A stretch of DNA of 64,000 bases, from positions 25,792,001 through 25,856,000 of the forward strand of contig JBHGNT010000002.1 of assembly GCA_043228905.1 (NCBI GenBank), written 5' to 3'. The DNA is from Azolla caroliniana (taxonomy: Eukaryota > Plantae > Polypodiophyta). Below, piece after piece: positions 1 to 11,500 of this stretch (the stretch's first letter is position 1; each line of letters begins with the position of its first letter). A model generated the notes under the pieces. It was not told where the DNA came from, did no database searches, and saw nothing but the letters and a program-made list of their open reading frames with translations. Made by a program: the position numbers and the translations under genes.

Positions 1-1
1 C

Positions 2-1918
2 TATATCACCAATAGTAACCTTTACATTTGGGCATGCACCAAATAAATCTTCCGTGACTGATGTGGCAGCTTTTACTCGCCAACCATGTTGAGTATCAAT
101 TGGCCATCTACCTTTCCTGTAAAAATCAGCACTCATTATATTTATTTCAGAACCATGATCAATAAGTGCCATCACGGGGTCTGGAACATTTCCAATCTTC
201 ACATGAGTCTCAGTAGTGGCTCTTGCCCAACATTTGCGAGAGTAATGGCTTCTTACATCTGTTGAATTTATCATTGAGGTTGATGCATGTTGAGAGTCAA
301 CAACGATATTGTTTGACTCGTTGCTCACCACTTCATATGCCACCTTCGGATTTGTCTCTTTAACCTGCTCATTTACTTGCTTCTTTCTTCGCACAATATC
401 AATTATTTCATCATGAAATTCCTTTTTTGCAATACCTAACACTTCTCTTAGTGTAAATTCTACTCGACTGTCTAGTATTCTTGTTTCTAAAACTTTCTTT
501 AAATCTGTATCCTTTTCAATATCAGACATTAATTTGAATGAAGGACCAGATTTACCTTTTTCAACTTTTGCGTCCATCTCTTTTCTTTTGCTTTCTCTTG
601 TTTCATGCTTTTTGGTTGAGCCAATCTCATCATCCGATCTTTTCCTTTTTTCTTCCACTATCACCTCATGCTCTTGGTGTTCTGCCATTTGAGCATAGAC
701 TGTCATAACATCTACTGGAACATCCCATCCAGTGTTTTTCCTCACAGAATCTCCGGCAACACGAAGGTCTTCCATCTTCATCTTTTGCTTTTGTGCGGTA
801 CTTACAACCTTCTCCCAGAATGATGATCGGGATGGCATGTCATCGAGGCGCACCCCTGCCGTTGCCGAGTAGTACATTGCGGAAGCCTTCTTTGCTTCAG
901 CTTCTTCAAATTTAACCTTAACACCACCATCACCAAAGTTCTTTGTAAGCGGAGATCTAGTTTCAGTTAAGTAAATGTTACCATTTTTCCAATAGACCAA
1001 GTCCCGATTCTCCATGTCTTTATATTCTTCACAATCACGTAATCGATGTTCGAGGCTATCACACCACATGCATCGAGGTCGAAATGGTTCCCTTGACCTC
1101 GAAGTCTGACCATTCTCAAGCTTTGCCACTTTAATTGTTAGATCTTTCATACTTTGAACTAAATCATCAAGCAAAAACTCACTCTTAGTTTCGATCATTT
1201 CTCGTGGTTGATGGACCATTTCGTGTGATGGTTCTCGACCAAGTCTTTGAACTTCGATGTTTTGCTCAAGCCGATTTGTGATTCCCACATGTGGTATTTG
1301 TAGCATTGCACCATTCCTTTGCATTCTTTTCATAAATTTATTACAAGCATTTGTTACCTCATTCCAATATGCAGTTATACCATCCTCAGTATTTGGTACT
1401 TCAAGCATGAATTCCAATTCTTTTCTATATCTCTTGTCAACTGCCTGCAAAAATAAAGCAACCTTTTGCCAGGACAAAGAATTTCTTTCTTCTGTCTTTA
1501 GGTGTCCATACATCCTATCAAACTCTTTTTTTGTGTCAGACACATATAACCCTTTATCTTCTTTTAAGATCCATTCATGAAATGAACGCATAGTAACTCG
1601 AGAGAAATCCTCACGAGCATATTCAGACACAAGTGCTTCTTTGAATGCATTCCAATCCAAACTATGCAATGCTTGTATTTCATGAATTCTATCTCTTAAT
1701 TCCATGTCCACTAATTTATAAAAGTTTGCTATCATATTGACATCATTTATACCAAACATTTCCATTTCATCATAATATATATTCACATACTTCGAAATAT
1801 TTGTGCCATCAAACATACCAATCTTCTCTCGGACTTCTCGTAAGGCATGAAATAATCGATCTTGATTCAACTTTTCAATAAACAACATTACCGGATCCAT
1901 TGTACTCGTACTTGCCAT
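2..1918 (-). CDS. Gag-protease polyprotein (partial, apparently open to window edge)
   Basis: Starts MASTSTMDPVMLFIEK...HSLDWNAFKEALVSEY. Zinc knuckle CMWCDSLEHRLRDC near 1030-1071. Aspartic protease motif ALIDHGSEINIM near 135-170, in frame with the ATG. Absent from the ORF track, consistent with no stop before base 1. Confidence 0.85.
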   Translation of the reverse strand, partial: MASTSTMDPVMLFIEKLNQDRLFHALREVREKIGMFDGTNISKYVNIYYDEMEMFGINDVNMIANFYKLVDMELRDRIHEIQALHSLDWNAFKEALVSEYAREDFSRVTMRSFHEWILKEDKGLYVSDTKKEFDRMYGHLKTEERNSLSWQKVALFLQAVDKRYRKELEFMLEVPNTEDGITAYWNEVTNACNKFMKRMQRNGAMLQIPHVGITNRLEQNIEVQRLGREPSHEMVHQPREMIETKSEFLLDDLVQSMKDLTIKVAKLENGQTSRSREPFRPRCMWCDSLEHRLRDCEEYKDMENRDLVYWKNGNIYLTETRSPLTKNFGDGGVKVKFEEAEAKKASAMYYSATAGVRLDDMPSRSSFWEKVVSTAQKQKMKMEDLRVAGDSVRKNTGWDVPVDVMTVYAQMAEHQEHEVIVEEKRKRSDDEIGSTKKHETRESKRKEMDAKVEKGKSGPSFKLMSDIEKDTDLKKVLETRILDSRVEFTLREVLGIAKKEFHDEIIDIVRRKKQVNEQVKETNPKVAYEVVSNESNNIVVDSQHASTSMINSTDVRSHYSRKCWARATTETHVKIGNVPDPVMALIDHGSEINIMSADFYRKGRWPIDTQHGWRVKAATSVTEDLFGACPNVKVTIGDI

Positions 1919-1985
1919 GTTGATGTTGATCTTTACTTTAGATGTCTCTTCTACTTCCCCGTTTCACGTCGGGTTCACCAAATTG

Positions 1986-3088
1986 TGTCGTGGCGTGGCT
2001 CGCCTAGAAGCGTAGCGTTGCGTAGACAAAAGATATCGTGAAAGTGAGGAAGGAATCACTGGGATTATGGACGGAAGAGACGAAAGAGTAGAGATAGATA
2101 AATAGTGATCAACAAGATATGACAAGATAGGATATAGAATGATATTTGAAGCAATAAAAGAGATTTATAATTATTTGATGAAAGAGTTACAAAAGTAGTT
2201 GTTCACGTCGTTGAACCTCCGAACTTTGTCTTGCAAGGTAATCGCTCTTCTCTTTCTTGATCGTAGACCACTACAATCTTCACTTCAATATTTTAATGAA
2301 GATAAGGCTCGAACCGCCTCCCTCTTGTTGAGAGTTGACCACCACGACCGCCAAGCTAGAGCTCCACCTTTATCTTGAACTTCTTCCTTTCTTTCTCTAT
2401 TTTATGGTATCTCTTATGTAATACATAATTTGATTGATATCTCATACATATCTCCCTTTGATCTTCTCTTTCACCATTTAAATAGGTGCCCCCATGCATA
2501 TGATGCATTGGAGGGTACAAATCATGCATGTAGTGCATGAAATGCATGTGATGCATGATCGCCATTTGGCGTTCATGCATTACATGTGATGCATGATAAA
2601 CATCTCGCTCATTTGAGCTTTTATGTATGAAACAATATATGCAATAACAATAAACATGAAAACATAATCTTAAAGAGAAAGGGCCTATCCTAATGGTAGG
2701 TGTGTCAACTTTGGTGTATGAGGTTGTGGGTTCGAGTCTCAAAATGCTATTGAATACAACATAGAACTTTATTTTTATATCATGAAGCAAATCCTTTATG
2801 TAATATAAAGTATATATAAAGTATGCTTTATTTTATGTATATTACTAGTATAGAGTAAATGGTAAGATTTGAGAGTCATAGGGTGGGGTTATTGGTTCAA
2901 GTCCTCTCTTATTCGTGTAATATAATATATTTATCTATATATATATATTATTTTTCTTTACATATATATAATATTATCATATGTGTTGTTAATATTATCT
3001 TTATATATAAAACATTATCAAATGTTATTTTCATTACGTATTTATCTTATTGTAGACTTTTAATGTGAAGCTTTCGTACTTCACGACA
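1986..3088 (-). repeat. 5' LTR (about 1.1 kb) of the Trp-primed Gypsy element
   Basis: TG...CA ends with a 7-bp terminal inverted repeat; the PBS lies 5 nt from the inner end. Confidence 0.8.
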
Positions 3089-4922
3089 GCGGTTTGGCGG
3101 CTCGGCTCGACTCGGCTTAGGTTCGAGTCGGGTTAAACGGTTTGAGCTCGGCTCGGCTCGGCTCAAGTTGTGCTAAACCGGCTCAAACCGGCTAAGCCGA
3201 TTATTAAAATTAGGTCACAGTAAAAGTTAAAACACTTAAAAAGTTAAAACACTTAAAAAGGTTAAAGTCTACAGTCTTAAGACTTAAGTCTTACACTACG
3301 ACTCACAATCTACAGTCTACAGAGATCAGAGAGAGAGAGCTCGGAGAGGGGCTCGAGAGGGAGACTGAGGGAGAGCGACTGAGTGAGAGAGGATCTCCTG
3401 CAGGCTGCAACCTTCACCCTTTACCCTTCTACAGTCTACCGAGCTTAATTACAGCCTACAGGTATCTCTTACTCCATAGTGGTAAAGGTAATGAATTTGA
3501 TTTGCTGCACATAATGGTAATTATTTCCACGAGGGTCGACAAAATAACAAAATTAATTGTTTCTAAAACGCTTTAAGAGAATTTTGCAAATATGTTACAT
3601 GTGGTTCTATACACAGAGGCACATTATTCTCTCACAAATCAGTTGGACATCTCTGATTTCTCTTTTCCGTGGGCATTATTCATTCTCAGTTTCCTGTTCT
3701 TTCTTATCAGCCATCTTTAGTTGAGAACATTCTCTTCTGTTAACCAGCCTTGCCCTCTTCATCACTTATTCTGTTGCTAGGGAATTCCTGTCCTATTATA
3801 GCTAGTCATCTCTATTTATTAAGTTTTCTGTGATTATCTTACTTTATCAAATGATCTTTTCATTTATCAGAGCCCATGTTTCAGAAATTGAAGATTTTTT
3901 GAAGCTTCCACGATCCAAGACTACCATATCTGACGTTCTACATTGGTGGTTTACAAATAGGTTTCATCAATATTGCATCATATTTTATTAAACACATTTG
4001 TTGCTATTGTTGGTAATTAAGAAACACAATCTAACATTATCTTTTTTGGCCATTTGAAACAGAACTACTTTTCCAAGGATGTACAAAATGGCATGTGATT
4101 ATTTAGCAATTCCAGCTTCATCGGTGCCTTCAGAGGAAGCTAACTCCGAAGCTCGTGATAACTTTGAAGATAGGTACCGGTTGCATTCATGCACTTTCAA
4201 GGCAGAAATGTGTATACGATCTTGGGTAGATTTGCTTGACAATGTAAACATTCCTCTACCGGAAGATATTAATGATGCCTATAATAGTTTAGATATCAAT
4301 TTAGAAGAGATGATGGCAGAGGATGATGTTATTGAATACTTGTATTTGGACAAGTGAAAATGGTTGGAATATAACCAACTCGAACAACTAATGATTTCTT
4401 ACACTTTTTGAATAGTAAACATTTACATTTTCTCATTGTAAGTTTTCTAGTCTTTTTTAAACTATGAGACATTTGTCTTGTTTTTCTTTAAATTCTTTTT
4501 CATTGATTTTGTTTTCATGCTATTGTTGGTACTAAAGAGATATTTTGATCCTTGCAAACTGTTTCAATCGTCCTTAAATTCACTAATTGTTCAGTGTTTT
4601 ACTTGTTTTTATCGGTCTTCATCAAGTCTTTAGTGTTTTACTTGATCACTAATTGTTCAGTGTTTTACTTGTTTAGGGTTAGGAGGATTTAACATATATT
4701 TCAATTTGTCAAGTTACAATAATCCAAACCGCTTCCCAAACCGCTTTCCAAACCGTTTCCTAAACCAGTTTAGACTAAACCGGTTTAGCCTAAACCAGTT
4801 TAGGGACTGGTTCGGTTCGGTTTGGTTCAAGTTTGAGAACCATTAAACGGTTTAGGCTTAGCCGGTTTGGCTTGGATAAGGCCAAACCGGCTAAGCCTAA
4901 ACCGAGCCGTTGCCGATTCCTA
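3089..4922 (+). mobile_element. Internally deleted hAT DNA transposon; left end interrupted by the Gypsy element
   Basis: Dense subterminal repeats (GGCTC, AAACCG/CGGTTT) at 3089-3200 and 4725-4910. Right terminus ...TTGCCGATTCCTA at 4922 (TAGG-type TIR). hAT dimerisation-domain coding inside. Confidence 0.85.
3871..4357 (+). CDS. hAT transposase C-terminal dimerisation domain only (exons 3871-3960, 4063-4357)
   Basis: Spliced frame AHVSEIEDFLKLPR...DVLHWWFTNR|TTFPRMYKMACDYLAIPASSVPSEE. GT-AG intron 3961-4062. First in-frame ATG at 4079. Confidence 0.8.
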
Positions 4923-5729
4923 CTAGTAAGTTATTCCTATTAACGATGTCACCATCTATCCCACTTGAATTTATGCTTCACGCTGATATTATATTCACCA
5001 AATGACAAGAAATGACAATGGATGTTCTAGATTCATCACATTATTTTCCATGTTTAGCTTTTAATTTATAATACTTCACTTCTCCTTCTTTTTCTCTCTT
5101 TAATGTGTACATGTGCCATAGAAACAAAACAAAAAGATGGTAAAAAAAATTGGAAAAAGAGAGAGTAAATGAACAACTTCTTTAGTGGAGATTAAACAAG
5201 CTTGAAATAAGTAAATTGTATTGCCACATGCATGTTTGAAATATAATAGTGCAAAAATCATTTGTGCATTGGTAAAGGAATTAGGACGAAGTTGTAGAAG
5301 AGTTAAAATAAAAAAGAGTTGATGAAGTATAATCAATATTTGAAGTGATTAGGTTTTATGAAATGTCATCTTATCATATTCACTCTCATAACATAATATT
5401 AGAACAAAATCAAGGCGGGGATGATTTTCAAACACATTTTATATTAGATGTGTGTATTATCTAAATATTGCATCCTATTTTGTTATGATGCATGTTCGAT
5501 ATCAAGATCTAATTTGTCTCAAGTTGTGTAGCACAATATATATATGTGTATCTTAAAAACAATATAGAAATGTGGATAGTAATGTGAAATGGGGTCCAAG
5601 AACATGTCTTGTGCCAATAAGATCAAAGAAAATACTATGTTATTACCTTCCAATTCGTGATCTCTATTGATGTTTCATGTTTATACATCAACATTTATAA
5701 AAAAAGACAACTTCCCTTTTTTTGCAAAA

Positions 5730-6373
5730 TGTGAAACACCCGCATTGTACACACATAAAAAGAGTTCGATGACAAATTCAAATATACCTTATCCCTTCTT
5801 TAATGCATTTTAAACCTTAAAGTGTGATCTAGATAGGTACTTTATTATCCCAAAAAATGAGGGGAAGAATAGGATGTGATGGAAGTTAATCGGGGGAGAG
5901 AATCGTTGACATAAGCGACTACCATGAATGCTGATGTAATTGACTCTCCTTGGACCGTAAAAGGAGGGGAGGAAGAACGTTACAGGGATCCATCGTTTTG
6001 GAAGGGAAGGCATTATCTGTTTGTGCTCTGAGTTTCGGTTTTCTGCTCCGTGTTTTCGGTTATGTAGGGTGAGGCCTCTACTCGCGTAGAAAGCCCGTGT
6101 GCTCCCGACCAGAGGCTCATCAGTTTGTGTGTGTGTGTGTATACTCGTAGAGCTCTAAGATTTGTATCCGGGCCGAGGCCGGTCTTGTATCTTATTTCTT
6201 TGCTGATTGATTATTGGGTTTACTATATCCGCTCTCTCTCAGTGTCTATTGTTTCACTCTCTTTGTGTTGCATCGCTACTCGTATATTGGTTCGTGGTGT
6301 CTAGGAGCGCGTTGTTTCCCTCTCTCTCTGGTTCAATGTTTCTTACCATTCCTGCAAGCTCGTGTGCTCAACT
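5730..6373 (+). repeat. Probable LTR fragment
   Basis: CTCCTTGGACCGTAAAAGGAGG motif (about 5946) also present, inverted, in the LTR at 8020-8446. LTR-like composition. Ends are uncertain. Confidence 0.35.
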
Positions 6374-6379
6374 CCCAAT

Positions 6380-7901
6380 ACTCAATGTTAGTGTCGGATC
6401 GGATACGGTTCTCAAAGCCCGTGCACTCAATATCCAACCTCTGGTGTCCAGGCCAGACAACCCACTGTAAGCATAGCAGTCTCCCTCTCTCTTTTGACTC
6501 CCTAGTCCAAGACCCCCGCAGTCCCGCCCGATCTACCACGTACACACGGATAGATCCACGACACTGTAATGCTCCATTCCACCCCATCGGCACCCTTCCT
6601 TGCTACGACCCCCAAATCATCGCCACCACCCTCCGTCTCTCCGGACTTATGTTGACCCGCAACTACCGAAGTCTCTGGAATTGGTGCGGAGAGATCTTGT
6701 CTTCTACCATCTTTGTTCTCTACTTTCCTGCCGCCACCTTCCATCTCTCTGGTCTCACGTTGGCTCTCGGGCACAACCGCCGAAGTCTCTAGAGCCGGTG
6801 TGGGGATTGTCTTGGCACTATCATTCTCCAACGACTTGTCCATAGCCATCTCCACCCAGATGTCATTGTCAATGGTTATCTCTTCTCCCTCTCTTCTTCT
6901 CCGTCCCCGGTCGTGTAAGCTTTGACTATGCTTGCATCTCCTCCGTTTGATGTTTCGAACAATCATGTCCCGAAACATCCTTCGTCTTCCGAAATGGCCT
7001 CCATTGTTCCATTATTGCAAGCCTTATCCTTGGCCATCTTTCCTCCGCAAGACGAGAGGGTGGCTTGCTTCATGCCCTCTCCCATGGTACCGTGGTACCG
7101 TGCTTCGGTGAGGCCATTTGTACCATCGTCTTCTTCAAGTTCAATCCTAATGGCCATCTGTTCCTTCTTGTTGATCGACTTTACAAATAGGAGGACCTTA
7201 TCCGCCCCCACTAGTCTTTGTTCCCGCCCTAAGAGCCGAGCAAAATGTCGCTCAAACTCCATGAACACTTCCGTGCGCTTCGATGGTTCTTTGCCGATGC
7301 CACCCACTGGTGAAACTTGCGTCGACCTTGTCCCTTCGGCCTCTCGTAGCCGTATGCCTCCAACAGTGCCTCTTTGAAGGCCTCCCATGAAATATGAGCT
7401 TCTCGAAGCTCCTTTACCTCCCCGTGTATACGTACTACCACCACCAAGACAAAAGTACTCTAGCGTCATCGCCTCCTCTACATCCCTCGTTGTAGGCTTC
7501 CAAATGGAATGGGACTCTATCCCCGTTGAAACGGCTGACTCAATCGACCACACACTCGACGGCTTGCTGCACCGCATCTCGTTTCAGCTTCGACCATCCG
7601 AAGTCCAATACTATCCTTGTCATCACCTCCTTGAATTTGTTGTCTTCCATCCTCGTCCTCCCCTACCGCCCTTTCACATCGGGTTCACCAAAAGATGTGG
7701 TGGATATCTATAGCTTGAGGGTCGGCTTGGGTGGGACCACTAGGGTCTTAGACTTGGGAGAAATGGTGATGGAAGAGCCAAGGTTCGTCGGCATCGTTCA
7801 CCCCTACTAGGACGCCGGCCTAGTCGTCATCTCAACCGCACCGGATGCAACAGATAGGGAGAGGGAAGGGTACACGCACACACATACACACACAGATTCC
7901 A

Positions 7902-7948
<47 letters not shown>

Positions 7949-8012
7949 CAGACCCCGCCCAATATGTATGACTATAGTTGTGTATATAATAGGATGTATT
8001 GCGTCCACGGCA
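6380..8012 (-). mobile_element. Degenerate second tRNA-Trp-primed Gypsy element (LTR about 7696-8012, PBS 7673-7690, broken gag from 7650)
   Basis: PBS TTCACATCGGGTTCACCA. gag fragments HISWEAFKEALLEAYG and FVKSINKKEQMAIRIELEEDDG resemble the first element. Stops and frameshifts present. Confidence 0.75.
7903..7943. repeat. (GA)n microsatellite
   Basis: Directly visible. Confidence 0.95.
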
Positions 8013-8019
8013 TCGAGCC

Positions 8020-8456
8020 TGTTAACACCAAAATGAGGTACAATGTTTCCACGGGCAAGCCACCAGTCAGGGAGCTCTCGGTCCCAACCATGAGTGGAGG
8101 CCTTGCACTGTAGTCATCGTAGAACCTAGAAACCCTCGAGGGAACTAAACCCTAACACTATGGGCAAGACCAAAACTCCCGACGTCCCCATTTAGAAGAG
8201 CCCCTTCACCTCCTTTTATAGTCCAAGGAGGGAGGGATGTTACAATCAAGGAGGTCAAACATTCCCCTCTTTTTCAAAGGAGGATTCTTCCCTTGATTTT
8301 AGGGAAGGTGGTACATTAAATTCCCTCCCTTCACTCTCACACTCACCCCACTACCTACAACCCACCTTACAATGTGTGATGTAGACATCACATCTACCTC
8401 TCTAGCACCTTACCTTTCACATTGGTCTCTCTTATTGTTATTTACAATCTCCCCCG
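8020..8456 (-). mobile_element. Orphan 3' LTR (8020-8446) with polypurine tract, probably Copia-type
   Basis: TGTTAA...TTTACA ends. Minus-strand PPT GGGGGAGAT directly before TG. TATAAAAGGAGG box inside. Confidence 0.6.
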
Positions 8457-8519
8457 ATGTGCATGTCTAAACATTGCAGATCTCCATTTTATTTGCTCCA
8501 CCCATATTTTCTCACCGTA

Positions 8520-11500
8520 GCCAAAAAACTTCACAACATCGCCATTGCAAGGAAGTCCACCCAGTCCTCTTGTTGGTAGATGACTTTACACCGGAGGTAT
8601 TGTTCGAGGATTTGGTTGACTCTTTCGGTTTGGCCATCAATTTGAGGGTGTTATGTTGTTGACAAGTTCACAGAAGTCCCGAATGTTTGCAGAAGTCCTT
8701 GCTAGAAGTGGGAGATAAATTGGGAATCTCGATTAGAAGTGACATCTTCGGGTAAGCCATGTAGTCAAACCACATTTTGAGAAAAAGGTATGTCGTCTCT
8801 CCCTCGAATAGTTTTGCAACATGGGACAAAGTAAGCCATCTTCGAAAACCGATCAACAATCACTAGCATCGTGTCATGGCCACTGACACCAGGGAGGTCG
8901 GTTATAAAGTCCATGGAGAGGGAGGCCCAAGGTCAACTTGGAATTGGGAGCGAGTGGAGAAGGTCGTACGGCCGCTGGTGAGCCCCTTTGGAGCGAGCAC
9001 AAACATCACATGTCTTGATAAATTCTTTGACAAATTTCCAAGGATGGGGTCACCAAAACCCCCGAAATAGCAACTCCAGTGTTTTCTCAACCCCAAAGTA
9101 CTCAACAAGTACTCGGGTGCAACATGATCCGTCTGGAGCTTTTCATTTCCTGGAATGGGTCGTTGATGCATGCCATGATGTCGTTAGTGAATGGATTTGA
9201 CATGGTTAGCTAGGGGATCTCGTTGAGCAAGGAATCATCATGCAACATGCATGTTGCGAACATCTAGAGTTGATCGAGCAACAACAAACAATGTGATTGC
9301 TAAGAATATGCATCCTCCCATGGGCATAGTGCAAAATCAGGTCATTGAGAGAGAGCATCAGCTTTCCCACAATGAATGTCTCGTCTAAACAAGATCTCGA
9401 AGCCATAGTCGGTGAGAAAAGACGACCATTGAGCCTGCCTCCAATTCAACATACGACTAGTGGTGAAGTAGATGAGATTCTTGTGGTAGGTCAGCACCTA
9501 GATACGATGTTGGCCCCCAGCCAAATAGGATCGCTACTTGGCAATGGCATAAATGATCACTGCAAGCTCCTTATTGTAGACCGGATAAATTGATTTTCGG
9601 GGTTGTAAACTTCCGAGAGTAGAAGGCGACAGGATGTAGTGTGCCATCGTCATTTGGTTGGGCAGGATCACTCCAATGGCAAAGTCGGAGACATTGGTTT
9701 CAAACTAGAAGGGTCTCGTGGGGTCGGGGTGGACCAACACTAGGGCTGAGAGAAATGTTTCCTTGAGGCCATCAAAAGCACTGGCTAGTAACTTTGATGA
9801 GAGGTTGCACTAGGGAGGAAAATCCTTCTATAAATCTCGTATAGAAATTTGTCAAACCAAGAAATTATTGTACCTCCTTCAGCCGAGTCAAGACAGGCTA
9901 ATTAGTGATTGTTGCTACCTTGCGCACATCCATTGTGATCCTGAAGGGTGAGATCATGTAGCCCAAGAATTTGGCAGAGGTTTGATCGAATTCACATTTC
10001 TCATTTTTGGCGTCCAGCTCATATTCCCAAAGTTTGGTTAGAACCCCTCGAACGTGTTGTGTATGCTCCTCTATGTTGGAAGAAAAAACTAGGATGTCGT
10101 CAACGAAGTGATCTAGATACTCTCGAAATATATTGTTCATCATTGTTGAGCGGCAAGCTCAACTAGATCCGGATCGGCATCCGGAAGGATGAGCCGTTGA
10201 GCAAGTGAGCCGGTGAGCTGGGGAGCCGGTTAGCTGGATCAAGCAGTAATCAGAAGCCAAGTAGCAGCTAGTCTACTAGGGAGTTAATATCTCGTAGTTA
10301 GTGTCAGACGCTCGTGTCAGCATTGAAGTACTTCTGTCAATCCGTATGGACTTGTATAAAAGTGTTCACTGAACACATACGATGTACAGATTGAGTATTA
10401 TTTTGAATCGAGTTTCTGTGTGTTCTCTCTCTCTCTCTCTCCTGTGTGTTATGTATTTTCAATCTCTCCATTAAACCTGCGTATTTTCTGTGTTCGGTTT
10501 TCTATTGCTTCCGCACATAATCTTTTACAATCATGTGCTAGAAGACTGCCGGGCCATTGGTGAGACCGAATGACATCACCTTGTACTCGAAATGCCCCCC
10601 AAATTTCCATAGTGTGTCCAAAAGGCCGTTTTCCAATCATCTCTAGGCTTGATGCACACCAAATTGTAGGCTCCCCGAATGTCGATCTTGGAGAAGATAC
10701 ACCCAGTTCGGAGTCGATCAAGGAGTTCTGGAATTAAAGGTGAGGGATAATTATTACACACCGTTGATATCTCAATAATCCACACATAGACACATAGACG
10801 TAATGACTTGTCCTTCTTCTTGACAAATAAGATTGAGGCCTTGGCCGGTGATTTGGAGGGTTGAATGAATCCCTTCATGAGGTTTTCATCTAGATATGTG
10901 CAGCGAGCCTCAAGTTCGGGTTCATATAGCCCATAGATGGGACCGAATGGTGGATGCACGCCATCTTGGAGTTCGGTTGGGCAATCATAGGGGTGATGTG
11001 CCGGTAATTTATCTGCATTTCTCTTTTCGAATATGTCTAAAAAGTCGTTATACCTAGCGGGCAAATTGTTGACAGGAACGGACACATCCTGCGACAAAAC
11101 AACTAGCGTAGCGACCAAGCCGGAATCGGCCCCAACAGGATCAATAGGGTGTAGTGACCCAATCAGAATTGGCCGCACTGGTGGCCGTGAAAAAGTGATG
11201 GAGCGGTTGCACCAATTCACCATGAGATTTTGTGTCTCCAACCAAGATAGCCCTGGTGGGGACTTGTAATGAGGTAGAACGTTAGTACCTCCTGGTGGGC
11301 CCCGACTTGAAGTATTAAGGGGATAGTGGCTTTTGTAACCGCCCCCAAAGAGAGAACCCATCCGTTGAATACACTCAACGGATATGGGTTGTGATATACG
11401 GACGGTGGGGATATTATGTGCTTGAACAAACGAGCTATCAATAAAACAAGTAGATGTTGCGGAGTCGAGTAAGGCATGAGATTGTATTGAAGTAGACCCA

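Larger units (their letters stand above)
1..3088 (-). mobile_element. Ty3/Gypsy LTR retrotransposon (non-chromovirus-like), 5' LTR + tRNA-Trp PBS + gag-protease, continues beyond window start
   Basis: LTR 1986-3088 bounded by the inverted repeat TGTCGTG...CACGACA. PBS at 1963-1980 (TTCACGTCGGGTTCACCA on +, the 3' end of plant tRNA-Trp). gag ATG at 1918. Confidence 0.88.

Noticed and set aside
3089-3260. Short regularly spaced repeats (also 4725-4910) that could suggest a CRISPR-like array
   Set aside because: No unique spacers; these are hAT subterminal repeats in eukaryotic DNA.
6207-7810. Several overlapping plus-strand ORFs
   Set aside because: Antisense shadows of a GC-rich degenerate gag.
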